Source: Felis catus (taxonomy: Eukaryota). From it: DNA of 64,000 nucleotides. The notes beneath the pieces were generated by a model, which was given only the letters and a program-made list of their open reading frames with translations, did no database searches and was not told where the DNA came from. The stretch covers positions 56,484,001-56,548,000 of the forward strand of contig NC_058382.1 of NCBI RefSeq assembly GCF_018350175.1. Direction: 5' to 3'. This document shows positions 24,458 through 38,272 of the stretch, piece by piece (the stretch's first letter is position 1; each line of letters begins with the position of its first letter). The translations under genes were made by a program, and so were the position numbers.

Positions 24458-25842
24458 TTCTAGAATATAGAAGAAAGTACGTGGCACTTAGGAAGTGTTC
24501 CATAAGCAACAGTAGCTACTATTTCCAACTTATCTACAAAGCTTTGAAAAGACATAGAAAGAGGAAAGTCTTGTTTGTTTTCTGAGCCCCTACACGGTAA
24601 CAGACAAGGGGAAGAAATTGAAGGCTTCAGCATGAATAAGCGTTGCCAAGTTCAGTTCCAGAAGACAAACCACAGTTGGGTGGTACTAACCCAACTTCAG
24701 GGCAAAATTGTGGTGTGAGCTTTGCAGTCACTTCTGCCCCAGCCCCAGGTGTCCAGGAGTAAACGGTGACCCCGTGCCCAAACCACCCTCACTCCACTTC
24801 AGAAGACTGTGTCCCTCCAGTTGAGTCTGTGATAAGCACACATCTGAGATTCAGTACGGCCTGTTTTATCCCCACTACGATTCTTTTTCCCATTCCACTG
24901 TTTTATTTGTTATGTTTTGGTTTTGTTTTTATTTTATTAGCTCTTCCCCTGGGTGGGAGGAAGGTCAGTTCAGACCTATATCTCTTTGTCTTCACTGATG
25001 GCATCTTAAAGCAACAGGAATATTCCAGAATTCCTCCAGCCTATCGTAAGAGCTAATTGCACATGTCCACAGATGTATGTATGGGTAGTTTCAGAGTAGC
25101 TCTGACCATACAGTGGAGGGTGATTTTACTAATATGAACATCCAGTCCTTTGAGCCATGAAACCTTTATTTAACCATGAATTTCCTCCCTTGGGGTTTCA
25201 TTATCTTTGGTAAAAAAATTAAAAACACCAACGTTTCTTCAGTGTCTGGAAGGTTTGGGGGCTTAATTCACCTACTTTGTTAACAGAAAGGAAGACATAC
25301 TGTAAAAGGTACATCTGCTAACCTTGAAGACAAAGGAAGAATGTCCCACTTCCCACATACGTGCACGTGTGTGCACTCACAAACCCCCGCCCCCCACACC
25401 CGACCTTCTTTTTTTGGCTGTGAGATTAAACGAGGAAGAAATTTTCTCCTCCTCAGAAATGTTATTGCTCAGAACAGCATCTTAGCATTATTATCATGTG
25501 ATAACATTAGAGCAAGGGAGTAATTATTTTCCGATAATCGCGTGGTGCACTTCGGCTAGTAATGGCAGTGCTCCCGTGCTGAGATCTATGAAGTATAGAT
25601 TATATATCTCAACACTTATTCAAAATATGTATTTTTATGATTGATGAGGACATTACAGCATGCCACCTTTGTAATTTGCATTTTTATAAAATGCTTCTGT
25701 GTGTAAATCATTGGCATGGACTATCTCAATCAGAAATCAAATGGTTTTCATTATAAATGCTCTAAAACATGCTTTTGTTAAATATATTGTAGAAAACTCA
25801 GGATAAATATTCCTTAACACGGTCTCGTATTTTATTACTATT

Positions 25843-25916
25843 ATATATATATATATATATATATATGTGCATATATGTTGCAAATAATATATATATATAC
25901 ATATATGTATGTATAT
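25843..25916. repeat. (TA)n microsatellite, interrupted
   Basis: Seen directly. Confidence 0.9.
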
Positions 25917-25977
25917 TGCTACTTTAACAAAGAAAACCCTCAACTCTTACACCATTACTGTCAAATTAAAGATTAGG

Positions 25978-26199
25978 GGGGCGCCTGGGTGGCACAGTCG
26001 GTTAAGCGTCCGACTTCAGCCAGGTCACGATCTCGCGGTCCGTGGGTTCGTGCCCCGTGTCAGGCTCTGGGCTGATGGCTCGGAGCCTGGAGCCTGTTTC
26101 CGATTCTGTGTCTCCCTCTCTGCCCCTCCCCCGTTCATGCTCTGTCTCTCTCTGTCCCAAAAATAAATAAAAAACGTTGAAAAAAAAATTTAAAAAAAA
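25978..26199 (+). mobile_element. Young Can-SINE (SINEC_Fc-type)
   Basis: Perfect TSD aaattaaagattagg at 25963-25977 and 26200-26214. Confidence 0.95.
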
Positions 26200-29100
26200 A
26201 AATTAAAGATTAGGCCTTTTCTTCCCAAACATATATATTTTGTGCTTAGCTCAAAGCCAGGAATGACCTTTGAGGGGATTTATTAGCAAGACGCTTGAGG
26301 GAAAGTAAAACTTCTCCATTTGATCAGAGAAAACATAAACAATTAGGCTAAACTCAGCTTTAATAAGTCCTGGAGATAGATATATCTATATATATCTATA
26401 TATATAGATATATATATGTAAGATTTCAAGCCTCAACAGAGGATCCTAGTCTTTTCTGGCGATCTCTTCCATGAAGACGTTCAAACTTGAAAATGGCACT
26501 TCATCTCATAAGGGGAGTAGGTTTTCAACATGGAGAAAATGGCAGGAAGAAAATACTTGAGATCACAGAGCCAAAGACACCATTACTCTAAGAGAATATT
26601 AATGCTGAACCTGGGTGATTTATGATGGAATCCATGCAAAGGCCCCTTGCTGAGCCAACATTTTAACTAGGGCATTGGCTGGGTGAGGAAATGGAGCCCT
26701 TGTTCATTGAGGCTCCCTGCTGGTGTGTGGAAAGTTCAGATCTGGGTAAAAACCAGGGGAAGAGCCAAGACTCAACACGCGTACCTATGAAGGAGCCCCG
26801 AGCATCTGTGCTCTAGCCGAAGCTGGAAGAGTTGCCTACTTAGATGTTGAAGCTCCATAAGCCGACGTGCAGGAGTCAGGAATTTGGGAGAACTCCAGGG
26901 AATCCATAGAAAGAATGTTCAGGGAGGGAGGGAAAGCCCAGAGGTCGCTCCACATCGTGCCAAGGGAATTTCCTTTCTATGTTCTGGGTCCATTCCCTCA
27001 GCCTCAGAACCACCCCTCACTTTGTCCTGGTGCTTATCACTCCATATTGTAATTCTGTTCTGTATTCTATTGACTTTCCTGTTTCTTCTGCGGGAGTGTG
27101 AGCCCCGTGAGCCTCAAGTCCACGTCTGTTCTGTTTGGAGCTTTATCCTGAGTGCTTGCCCACTGGTAGGCTCCAAAGTGATTTTGAAATGAATAAGGAT
27201 GAAATTGAACGGGGGGTGTCAGGAAGTTCAGGAAAAGGAATGTAGCCAATCACATCCAAGCGGTGAGCTCTCTCTTCACCAGGTGTCCTTCGAAGGTCCA
27301 ACATAGCCTGTGGAGGCACCACCTTCCTTTCTTAAAGGGGGCAAGTGGTGTGTCTGATTTCATTCCTTGGAGTAGCCATACTGTGGGTGTGAAAGGGCAT
27401 CCGCTTCTGCCTTCTGGAAAGGCGGTCTTTCCTCTTGCTACAGCTCTCGTGGGAATCTTTTTAACTTTCCTTTGTGGGCTCTAGAAATCCTTCCAGACAA
27501 ATGGCTGCTTCATTTTTATATAAGGGTGATTTATATCCCTTGCAGAATAATCCTCAGTGAAGGTGTCTCTCCTTCATCATAAAGGAATAACAAAACATTT
27601 ATAAAAGGGAGACAGAGCTTCAGATGAGTGGGTATAAAAGTTCTGCACAATATCAATGGTTGAAAGGATATGCATACATTAATTAAGAATTCCGACATAC
27701 TTCTTTTACAAGGTCCCTTATGAAAGATAGACTATTTTCCACATTTACTTTGTGTTGGAAGTGACAGATGAAATTAATATGCTTCATAAATTGCCATCAC
27801 GGAGGGTCAATTAACAAGTGAACTAACCTTGTGAAAGTCATTCTGAAAGACTAGTTATGTCTATAATATTCCCTGTCAAATTAGGTAAAAGTGAGAAAAT
27901 TAGAAGCCTGTCAAATAAATAGAAGTCTAAGATACTGAGTAATTGCCTTTTTGATAAGGTAAATTAGTTTCTGTGACTGTTGGTTGAGAAACAGGAAATG
28001 AAGAGTGGAGGAACGGAAAACGTCAAAGCTGCACGTGTGTGTATGCATGTGTGCACGTGTGTAAGCAAACGTAATGGAGGCCGAGAGGAGAGTCACAGGA
28101 AGGTCCATGCCGGAAGCATGACGGGCAGGCGCTCCTTAGCCAAGCCCGTGGCCACAGCTCCACCAAGGCCGTGCTCCTCCAGGAGCCTGGTGCCTGTCCA
28201 GCACCCATCGTTGTCTTTGCTCACTCAGCTCTCCCTTCAGCCCTTCCCTCCTCTTTCCCCCAATCCTTCAAAATCATCCCTTGTGCATGTGCTATGGGTA
28301 GGGTGGTGCTGTGGGCCTTGGACAGGACCCACCCACACGGAGCTACCATTCCCAGGGAGCAGGGGATACTTTCAGCCATGACTGCTTGTAGCCTCATTCC
28401 CTGCAAGCTATTTGCTTCACGGCTGTAGGAAGACCAGAGAAACAGATCTAGTCGGAGACTGTGTGGAGACAGAAGGGGCGCCCAGTCTGATTTCATGACT
28501 GTTGACAGCCCAGACCCCCATACAGGTGGTTCCAGAACCATACAACTCAGGCAAAACACCGTGAGGAAAGGGCCGTCCTCTGCCCGGCCGATGGCACGGT
28601 GGCCAGGCCCCCTCCTTCCTCCCGGAGCCTCTCTCCTCTCTTGCCCCTCCTCCGTCTTCGTTCCGTTCTTCAGAACTCTGTCATGCCTGTGATATCCCGG
28701 CTGTGCCAGTTAGATCCTTGACTGGGTCTCAAGTTCCTGTTTGTCAAACGAATCCATAGAGCTTAAAATTCTTCTGGAGTCTCGGTCGCCTATCCCCATC
28801 CCTCCATGACCTTCTGTGAGACACACAGCAAGTCAACTGTCATATCAGGATGCGTGCCTTCTCAGGTGTGAAATGAGGATGCTTTGCAGCAAGGAGATTT
28901 GCTTTAAAAATTTTTTTGCACTTGTTACATGTAAGTGTATGCTAGGGCCTAGACACGCACATGTATGTAGAGTAATAAATGTTCTCTGTCCAATCCTATT
29001 CCTTCCCCTTGACTATCTCCTTAAGTGTTCCTGCTGTCAGGGAATTTCTGAAGGCATATGTACTGAATCTGTGTGTGAACCACGCATGTCCCCGTATATT

Positions 29101-31649
29101 CACACATGCATAAACAAACACTGTCTTTTTGGTCATATGACTCCCATTCTACAGAGTTGGACGCTGAGTCTCAGCGGGGGGAAGTGAGTTGTACAAGCCC
29201 ACGCAGTAAGGAATGGCATGAACTAAATCCGGGTCGCCGGAAGACCCGCTCCTCTCCAGGATGCCCAGAAGTCTCTTTTCTTTGAAGCCATCTTCCTCAG
29301 CCGGGACAGATAGAACCTCTTCCTAGAGAAGAAAGAAATGTGGGAAATAATAGGCCCCGGATTTTTTTTTTCTACTGGCTGACGGACACATTTTTATTCC
29401 ACGTTCCTTTTGGTGTCTTCTGCCCTTGATTGCACAGCCCACTTGTGTCTTTGATTAGCCCACTGCAGGCAGACGCAGACAAGCTGGCAGCGTTTGTGTG
29501 CGTGCAGATGTGGACCAGCTCAGAATAATGTTCTCATGTGAACTGCTCAGGGCTCTGTGATTGAGGGACAGACAAGCCCTGGCCAACTTAAGCAGTAAGA
29601 GCATCACTGGATGCGTGCCGGCCATATTATACAGATTTAAAATCGGACAGCTGGCTCTGAGAAAGGTTAGGAAGAGGCTCAGTTCTGGGGACCACAGCCA
29701 GAAACTCTTGAAGACTCTCTTTGAGGCAGAATTAGTGGAAGAAATCCTCTGCACCCACCCCCATCCGTTGCACCCTTGGCATTAGGGGTCCCATTCCCAG
29801 GAGAGAGCTCCCGATTGGCTTAGGTCGGCTCATGAGCCCACCCCTCCGGGGCAGGATTGGAGGAAATAACACTATGATCGACAGGCCCACTGGAAACACA
29901 CACACACAGGGAGTAGGGAACAGATAATGGCCCAAAGGGAAGCAGGGCACTGTTACTTATACAAGAGGGCCAGGGATGCAAGGAAGTCAAAACTTACAGA
30001 TGTCTCTCATATCATATCACGAAACAAATAAAGCCCAAAGAGCTTAATTACTTCTCTGTTGCTTCCAAACCAAAACTGAATCCACGTGCAAACTTTGGCA
30101 GCAGTAGAGAGAGCAGCTTGCTAGAGTGACAAAAGCTCAGAGTTCAACTCAGACAGTCCGCACTCTGGTCCCATTTTGGCACCTGTAGCTCTGTTACCTT
30201 GGTCTGAAGGCACACCGCGCCAGAGCCTGCAATTAAAGGCAAGTCATCTCAGTACTGATCTCAGGTTGTCACTAAGGGGATTTCACGAGATGCAGCTTCT
30301 AGAAGTGCTCACAAGTCAGCACTCAGCCCATCTGGGTCTAATGTAGAGAGGGTCAGGGTCACAACCAGCAAGGGAAGCCCATGCACATGTTCGTGGGTTT
30401 ACAAACTGTTTTAAACTCTTGTCATAAATCTCTCCCCCAGACCATTTACTTGTGTATAGTTGTCGGGAACATTGACAAAATAAAGTCTTTTAGTAAAGGA
30501 CGGGCTTTGAATTCTGAAAGACTGGCAGATTTCGCAGCTATTGATATTTTGACAGATGCGTTGGTGACTTGAGATCTTTGAGAGCAATTATCTTTGAAAT
30601 CGTGGATGCTGGAAATGGAGCTATTGATGGCCAGCTCGATATCTGCAACCTACTCGATGCATCATGGCAGCCTTCATAAACATATTGCCTCTAAGCCTTC
30701 AACTGGCCAGAAATCTAACCAGTGCCTTCTCAGTAAGGTTGCTCTGTACTAATAACCCAATAAAGCGGTAAGACTCCTCAAAAAAGTGTGAGACTGCCGT
30801 TTGTAGAAGTTCTCAGCCCAAAGTCTAAGGGCTCCAGGCCATAGAAGGTCTTTATGGGAAATGTCACCATAGGGTGTAGGACGGTCAGTGCCAGGAAATG
30901 ACTCCCAAGGATTTTTACCAACAGAAAACATTGATGTCCCTGGGATCACCGATTTAAAAGTTTTGGAGGGACACAACTTGTAATGAATTCCAGCTGCCTT
31001 GTTTTCCATTATTTTAGTTGATGTTGTTAAACAGTAGAGTCTGGAATGGGCTAAGTAAGAACGGTTATTTGAAATATGTGCTGTTTTGAATAAACTGATC
31101 CGGACTTAATGAGCTTTTACAGGGTTTTATGCATGACTTACTACCCATATTACACTGCTAAGGTAAGCTACTTAAAACTATGGCGCGATGTGATGTTTTT
31201 CAGTTCATTTGTCTGTTTCATTAATGATGGAATGTATTTTCCAGCACACAAATCCTATTTATGATCAAGACATTGTTGTTCTGTAGATCACCTTAAACCC
31301 TTACACTGTGTAATTTACCTGCTGTCAAATCTCATTTGAAGAGCTGTTGTCTAGCATTTCCCTCATCAAAAATATGCCTGAGAGTAATGAGCTATGCATG
31401 CTGTGTCTAGTATTAGTTATTTTTAATAAACTTTTGTTCACCCCCACCACACCTTGGGAAAGCTGACGATCTGTAGTATTTTCTGTGTTCTTCTTCTTTA
31501 ACCAGCTGTCCTCCAAACTGGTGTAAGGATTCACAAAAATGCGAATATTTTTGTTCTCTCAAATGTGTCTTAATGGGTCCCAGCTGAATAGAGAAGGGTA
31601 CGGAAGGACTGTCAAAATGATCTGGTATTAACAATGAGATTGGTATTTA

Positions 31650-31848
31650 GGGGACCTGGGTGGCTCATTTGGTTGAGCGTCTGACTCTTGATTTCAGATC
31701 AGGTCATAATCCCAGGGTTGTGGGCTCGAGCCCCTCATTGGCTCTCTGCTGAGCCTGAAGCCTGCTTAAGATTCTCTCTCTCCCTCTCCCTCTGCCCCTC
31801 CCCTACTTGTGCTCACTCTCTGTTTCCATCAAAATAAAAATAAATAAT
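31650..31848 (+). mobile_element. Older carnivore SINE (SINEC_c-like)
   Basis: Head ggggacctgggtggctca with ggtcataatcccagggttgtggg and gcctgcttaagattctctc variants. Confidence 0.88.
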
Positions 31849-34184
31849 AGACACGAGAATGATAATTAATAAGACAAGTAATTTTTCGAACTGAGGTAGC
31901 TGGAATGATACATAAAGTCAGATCAGCTGGCTTCCAGGATGGAGCCCTCTCTCAGGTTAGGGGAGCCTGACAGGTTCATTAACTATGATCAATCTGCCCC
32001 ATCATGGGCAAAATTTTCCTCGAGAGAGCATGTCAGTGTGTTCAGGTGTGTAGTTCGTTGATGACATTTGAATTGCTCAAAAACAGGTTGATCATAAATA
32101 GGTAGATAATACCATGGACACCCCTCCATCTTGTCCGATGGATGCCACCTACTCTTCATTACAGGCAGGAAACCCAAGCCCCCATATCACTAGTTAAATC
32201 ATCTGCACGCTCAGTTTATGCAAAGGCAAATATTTTGCTTGGAGAAAGGGAAAGAAAAAGAACCATTTACATAGTGTGGGTGGTTTTTCCCCCTCTGCAC
32301 TCCGTAAACTCGCTCTGGCTTCAGAGCGAGAGTGTCTGCACAAGCTAAGCGTTATTCTAGCATCTAGGAGATGCTATGTTTTTTTCTCATCTACACCCTG
32401 TAAAGATAAGCCCACAACGTCATCTGGGGCTCAGTTGAAGGTCAGCCATCTGTTCCAACAATACAGGAAAACATGGTTGGGTTGGACTCATTGGAGAGAA
32501 TTCTGTAGTGTACTTTCTGGTGGATTTTACCGATTTTAAGAGTGAGTTTGGCTTGAGCCTTCAATTCACCTCTTGGTTTTCCATTCCAAACTTTGCATAA
32601 GATAAGAGCTCTGGGACCCTGAGGCTGAAATGGGATTCGATGGTTCCCGTGGATTCTGAGACATTTGCCTTCTTGTCTTCAGTCTCTGAGCAGCAGGATA
32701 TTATCCTAGCAAGGACTTGGGAATTTGAATCTCTCCAGTGTGTGTGCTTGGGCAAGGCACTTACCCCAACCACAAAACGGACACTCCTGCCAAGGTTACA
32801 GGGTGACAGAGTTAGGGAATGTAGAGCTGTGTCCATCCCAACAATAGGCTTTCCGTGTATGGTATTTATAATTGCTATCATTGCTCCTCCTTTGTCGTAC
32901 AAGGAAACCCAAGTAAAATAAGATGGCCCTTTACCAGCACTTCTACTGAATCTAAGGCAGACACTTAGGTCCCATGGCAAGGGGGAGGTTCACACTGCTG
33001 AGAACTATGTACCCATGGAATTTGCTGAGTTGATGACACTAAACTCTGATTTCATAGCTAGGTTGTGCACGGGGCAAAGAAGCAAACCCCGAACAATAGT
33101 GTAGAACCTTGGAGCTCAAAGTATCCGTCTTTGAACTTCACCTGCACCCATTCTGTGTGTACAGTGATCATTTCCTTTGACATCACTGCTTCCTTCCCCT
33201 CAATGACTGAGTAGCGAGAGATGTTGTCTGGCTTAGTAATAGAGATACGACCTATAGGCACTTACTTCATCATCAATTTATGCTCTGTGGAAGAGTTTCT
33301 TTGAGGGAAAATTAAAGAATCAACAAATATGCTGCAAACTTTGGACTAAATTAAGAAAACAAAAACAATTAAGCTCTAAGAAAACTTTCATTCCTTGCCA
33401 AATGTATTCTTCTATCAGAGTTCTGAGTGTTTCCACATCCTCTGGTAACATTTACTCTGGGGGACTCTTTTGGATCTTGCGTGATTTAAACAAGGTTCTG
33501 AGGTGGCCATCAGTTTATCTCTAAATTATTTGTGTGCTTGCTATGAAGAGTGAATGTTCTCTCAGCTCATTTACTCACCCATCCGTTCAGTCCACCAGGA
33601 TTCCATGCCAGGAATGGTGCTAGGTTCTAGCTTTGCATAAAGAGCAAAACAGATACAAAATCGTCCTTGCCCTTATGGGAAGTCAGTATTCGGAAGTCAT
33701 ACGTTAAAACATACATACAGATACTGAGTAATTAACCACTGTAATTGGTATGCTGACCAGATTCAAGGAGCATCTATTTTAAACTATTTCCTATGTGTCA
33801 CAGCTCTGGATTTTTGGTTCATCCTAAACTGGGAGAAAGGGGGAGGAACACAAAAGACAGTCAAGGCTGCCCTAGAACTGGAGGAGAGCAGCCTGGCCAC
33901 GGAGGCTCCTGCAGAAGTGGGAGTGGGCACACGTAGGGTGGTTGGATGCAGTCCGAGATACCAGGGAATGTGGTCCATGGAGCAGAGTGGTGAGGGTTGC
34001 TTAGAAGGCTTCAGGGGATGACTCTGCAGGACACAGGTGAGATGCATTACACACCAAATCACTTCATAAGGCAATCTAAACAGAGTCTAACAATATTCAT
34101 AATACCAGCAGAAAATACCACTGTACTCAGGCACAGTGTTTGGAATTCTACCACATATTTGCTGTTGCCCTCATGGCTAGAATG

Positions 34185-34770
34185 TTAGAGGGTTTTCTGC
34201 AAGACAAACTTCAAAATCACAGTGGTTTACAACCATAAGTACGTAGGTTTCTTGCCCCACATATCTGCTGGTCAGCTGAGGTCCATATGTGCTGGACTGG
34301 GCTCTAGGTCGGCTTATGGTTCACGGACTTCCTCTCTCTCCTTAAACAAGTGGCTGCCCAACTCCAAGAACATACTAGAAGGGCTCTCAGGCAGGAGTGG
34401 TTTTGTTCCCCAAAGATCATTGGGCAATTCCCGGAGATTTTTTTGTTGTCACAAGTGGGAGAAAGGGTGCAGAAGCTAAGGGTGTTGCTAGACATCCCAC
34501 AGTGCTCAGGATACCCCCACAATGAAAACTTTATCCCGAATGTCAAGAGGACTGAAGTTGAGAAACCCTAGCATATTGGATAGTCGTGGATGACCAATGA
34601 AAGTCAAGCAGATGTGACATGAGCCAACCCACGTGAACACATCTGAAGCCTTTGCGTACATCACATCTGCTTGAATTCTTTTGATCAAAGCAAATTCCAT
34701 GGCCAAGTCCAAAGTCACTGGGATTGGGCCATCTTCCAACTTCCCTGAAGGCCCTTTAAGATGCATGGCA
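34185..34770 (-). mobile_element. MaLR LTR (MLT1H/J-like) interrupted by MER20
   Basis: caaaatcacagtggtttacaacc...atctgctggtcagctg and catcacatctgct...caaagcaaattccatggccaagtccaaagtca motifs on either side of the MER20. Confidence 0.6.
34378..34569 (+). mobile_element. MER20 (hAT-Charlie)
   Basis: gttttgttcccc...ggagattttttttgttgtcacaa...gctagacatcccacagtgctcagga...aagttgagaaaccct. Confidence 0.75.
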
Positions 34771-35256
34771 GCGACAGCCAGCCAAGAGCTTCAGAGAATC
34801 CTGTTGACCCCAGCAATGCTCCCACTCATAAATGAGGAAACTGAGGCCCAAAAAGACACAGTGATTTTCTCAAGGTCACCTGGCTAGCAAGCATCAGGGC
34901 TGGGACCGGAACCCAAGCTTTGTCCTGCCTCTTCCAACATAGTCTACACTGCTTCTGTTTGGATTTGGGTCATTGGAATTTAGCCGCAGGAAAGATTACT
35001 GAAGGTGGCTTCAGTCAGCCTCAGTTTCTCCTTTTGTACTAGGGATAATAAGGCACATGTCCATCCCAGAGACTAATCGAAGAGATTGAAGAGACAGTAG
35101 TTGGGATCACACAGTGTCTCACACATACTATTTGATAAACCCAAGCTGCTGAGGCAGCTGCTGTTGAAAAAGACAAAGTGACGGGGGTTCATTTCCAGCA
35201 AGGATGGTCTTATTTGCTTCCTTGGGAGTGAGTTGTCTGGGGAAATTAATCTACCT

Positions 35257-35297
35257 CCTCTCTCTGTCTCTGTCTCTGTCTCTGTCTCTGTCTCTCT
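35257..35297. repeat. (TCTCTG)n microsatellite
   Basis: Seen directly. Confidence 0.9.
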
Positions 35298-36500
35298 TAA
35301 AGTTTTCAATCGAATCACTCCATTTCTTGTATCTTTTTGGTGAGGTTTAGCATTTGGAGGATGTCTGACCTTGAACTGTTGATTGAAAGTCATTTCTACT
35401 GTGAAATCTCAGTTCTCTATTTTTCATCTTCTAAAAATCGGTATGCTTAGGGACTCCCATGGAGTTTAGACAATCACGACATTTTGGGGTTTGATTTGAA
35501 TGAAAGACCCCACGTGAAACCTTCCAATTCTCTCCGTTTAACACATGTTGCTGCTTTCCTTCTGTGGCTCCAACTTGACCTCTAAGACGTTCTGAAAGGA
35601 GTCACGGTGCAGCGCCCTGCCTCCTGCTTAGAGGCAGTTCTCACTCTCCGTGTGTCTGCTGCATAGTGTATTCTTCCCCATGTGGTCTCATGGAAATCAG
35701 AGTTGGGGTTTGTTTGGTGAGTTCTAGCCTTGTCCTTCTGAACCCCGGCAATATCTGTCAGGAACAAAGGGCCAGCCCTCGGTACTCTTGGGTACAAGCA
35801 TTTTCTCTCTCGGTGGTCAGTGGTGACATCTCCCTCTTAAAGTCGCCGCTTGGGATCTTATGGGCATATTTGGTCCAGCCCGAATGATTGTTCCAGATTC
35901 TGTGCTGGGTGCTAAAAAATTGGAAATGGGTAAGACCTTGTCTCTGCAGCTGAAGGGCTCACAGAAACAAAAAGAGATACAAAACAAAAAAAATCATTAT
36001 TCAATCGTTATTCATTAAGGTATATATGAAACTATATGAGTCTGAGTAATGGATAGACTGCAGACAGAGTGAGAAGTACCCAGGTATGGTTTGAAGGATG
36101 GATCAGAGTTTTCCAGGCAGACATCCTACAAGGTAATGCCCTTCTCTTGTTTCTTGTCATCTCTCACTTGACAACAATTCAGAGGGATATGTTTTATTTT
36201 AGTGCACATGTTTGTCTCCTAATATGATCACTGTCATTCTCTTTAAGATCTGTGCATGTCTGTGTGTTCAAAGACTTGATGTCGAGGATTCTCCTTAACC
36301 TTGCCTCTGTTTGCCTTCATTCCCCATTGTTCACTGCCTGGCAAGGGTAGCATTCCACCTTTTTACCTTTTGCAAAGTAGACACCTAGAAATCATCAAAG
36401 CCAAGGCTAGAAAGTCGATGCAGTATTCTCTGTAGGCTCGTACCTCTTATCCTAGCACGAGCACTTCTTTGTGTTCCTGGGTGCACGAGAAAACAGAAAT

Positions 36501-36627
36501 GGGGCATCTGGGTGGCTCAGCCAGTTAAGCGTCCAACTCTTGATTTCAGTTCAGGTCATGATCTCACAGTTCATGAGTTTGAGCCCCACATTGGGCTCCA
36601 CGCTGACAACACGGAGCCTGTTTGGGA

Positions 36628-36665
<38 letters not shown>

Positions 36666-36740
36666 GCCCCTCCACAGCTCATGCTCTTGGTCTCTCACCC
36701 TCTTTCTGTGTGTCTCAAAGTAGATAAACTTAAAAAAAAA
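36501..36740 (+). mobile_element. Can-SINE
   Basis: SINE head, (CT)n, A tail. Flanks share aaaacagaa. Confidence 0.92.
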
Positions 36741-37243
36741 AAACAGAATGAATGGAGTGTCATAGAATAGTAAATCATTTCTTCACAATTTACTTCTTGG
36801 CAAGAGAAATGGAAAATATTGAAGTCATCAATATTTTTCATTAAGAACAAGGAGAATAAGATTTAAATTACTAAACAAAACTAGTGATACAGGCATGAAG
36901 CGAGTTTCATAAAACATCATGTCATATATGCAAAGCTGTGACAGAAATAGCAGAAGCAAAGAAATATGCCAGGTAGGAGAGAAGACAGGTGGAGAGAAAT
37001 AAATTGCATATGGATTTAAGAACTGCAAGTACAGGGAAAGCTTGACTAGGCTCTAAGTTAATAATCAGGTCAAGGTTAAAATTTAGGGGAGAAGCAAAGG
37101 GATCACTGTTTGCAGTTCTTCAAAATGTTCATTCAAAACCAGCTCATTCAAACCTTCAAAAACTCTCAGTAAATGCAGTGATCAGTCCTGTTCACCCACC
37201 GTAGAGACCCAGTATCATGGGAACTGTATTTTGGTTGGTTCTT

Positions 37244-37470
37244 TTTTATTTTAATTTTTTATTTTTAACGTTTATTTATTTTGAGACAGAGAGAGAGACA
37301 CGGCATGAACGGGGGAGGGTCAGAGAGAGAGGGAGACACAGAATCTGAAACAGGCTCCGGGCTCTGAGCTGTCAGCACAGAGCCCGACGCGGGGCTCGAA
37401 CTCGCGGACTGTGAGATCATGACCTGAGCCGAAGTCGGACGCTTAACCGACTGAGCCACCCAGGCGCCCC
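37244..37470 (-). mobile_element. Young Can-SINE
   Basis: Perfect TSD tggttggttctt at 37232-37243 and 37471-37482. Confidence 0.95.
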
Positions 37471-37550
37471 TGGTTGGTTCTTAAGTGAACCCACCGCACA
37501 TGACAGCTGGTCATGTTTGGGTTGAACACGGATTGTTTCGGACTATATAA

Positions 37551-37727
37551 GGGGCGCCCGGGTGGCTCGTTGGTTAAACGTCTGAGTCTTGATTTTGGCT
37601 CAGGTCATGATCTCACAGTTCATGAGTTCTAGCCCAGTGTTCGGCTCTGTCCCAACAGCAAGGAGCCTGCTTGGGATTCTCTCTCTCCCTCTCTCTCTCT
37701 GCCCCTCTGCTCGAGCTCACTCTTGTA

Positions 37728-37760
<33 letters not shown>

Positions 37761-37810
37761 CAAATAAATAAATAAAACTTAAAAACAATATTTAAAGAGG
37801 AAAAAAAAAG
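37551..37810 (+). mobile_element. Can-SINE
   Basis: ggggcgcccgggtggctc head, (CT)n, aaataaa tail. Confidence 0.92.
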
Positions 37811-38048
37811 AAACAGGACTTCTTGTCCAAGACCCTTTTGGAGGAAGTATAAACTGTTTTGAGGCCCAGATATTGCTGGGAAATGGTAGCTGCACATAGG
37901 ATAAAGCAATCATCTGATTTGGGAATAAAATAAGCAGGTCAGAACAAATGACAGAAATCAGATAATAATTTTAAAATGTCTATCACCTGCGAGAGTATTT
38001 CCCTACTCACCTCAGTTAAACAAATAGCACTAAAAAAGCTATTATTTC

Positions 38049-38272
38049 GGGGCGCCTGGGTGGCTCAGCCGGTTAAGTGTCCGACTTTGGCTCAGGTCAC
38101 GATCTCACGGTCCGTGAGTTCGAGCCCCGCGTCAGGCTCTGGGCTGATGGCTCGGAGCCTGGAGCCTGTTTCCGATTCTGTGTCTCCCTCTCTCTCTGCC
38201 CCTCCCCCGTTCATGCTCTGTCTCTCTCTGTCCCAAAAAAAATAAATAAACGTTGAAAAAAAAATTAAAAAA
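38049..38272 (+). mobile_element. Young Can-SINE
   Basis: Perfect TSD aaaaaagctattatttc at 38032-38048 and 38273-38289. Confidence 0.95.

Noticed and set aside
26373..26420. Quasi-palindromic tagatatatctata tract
   Set aside because: Self-complementarity is a trivial property of TA-rich simple repeats.
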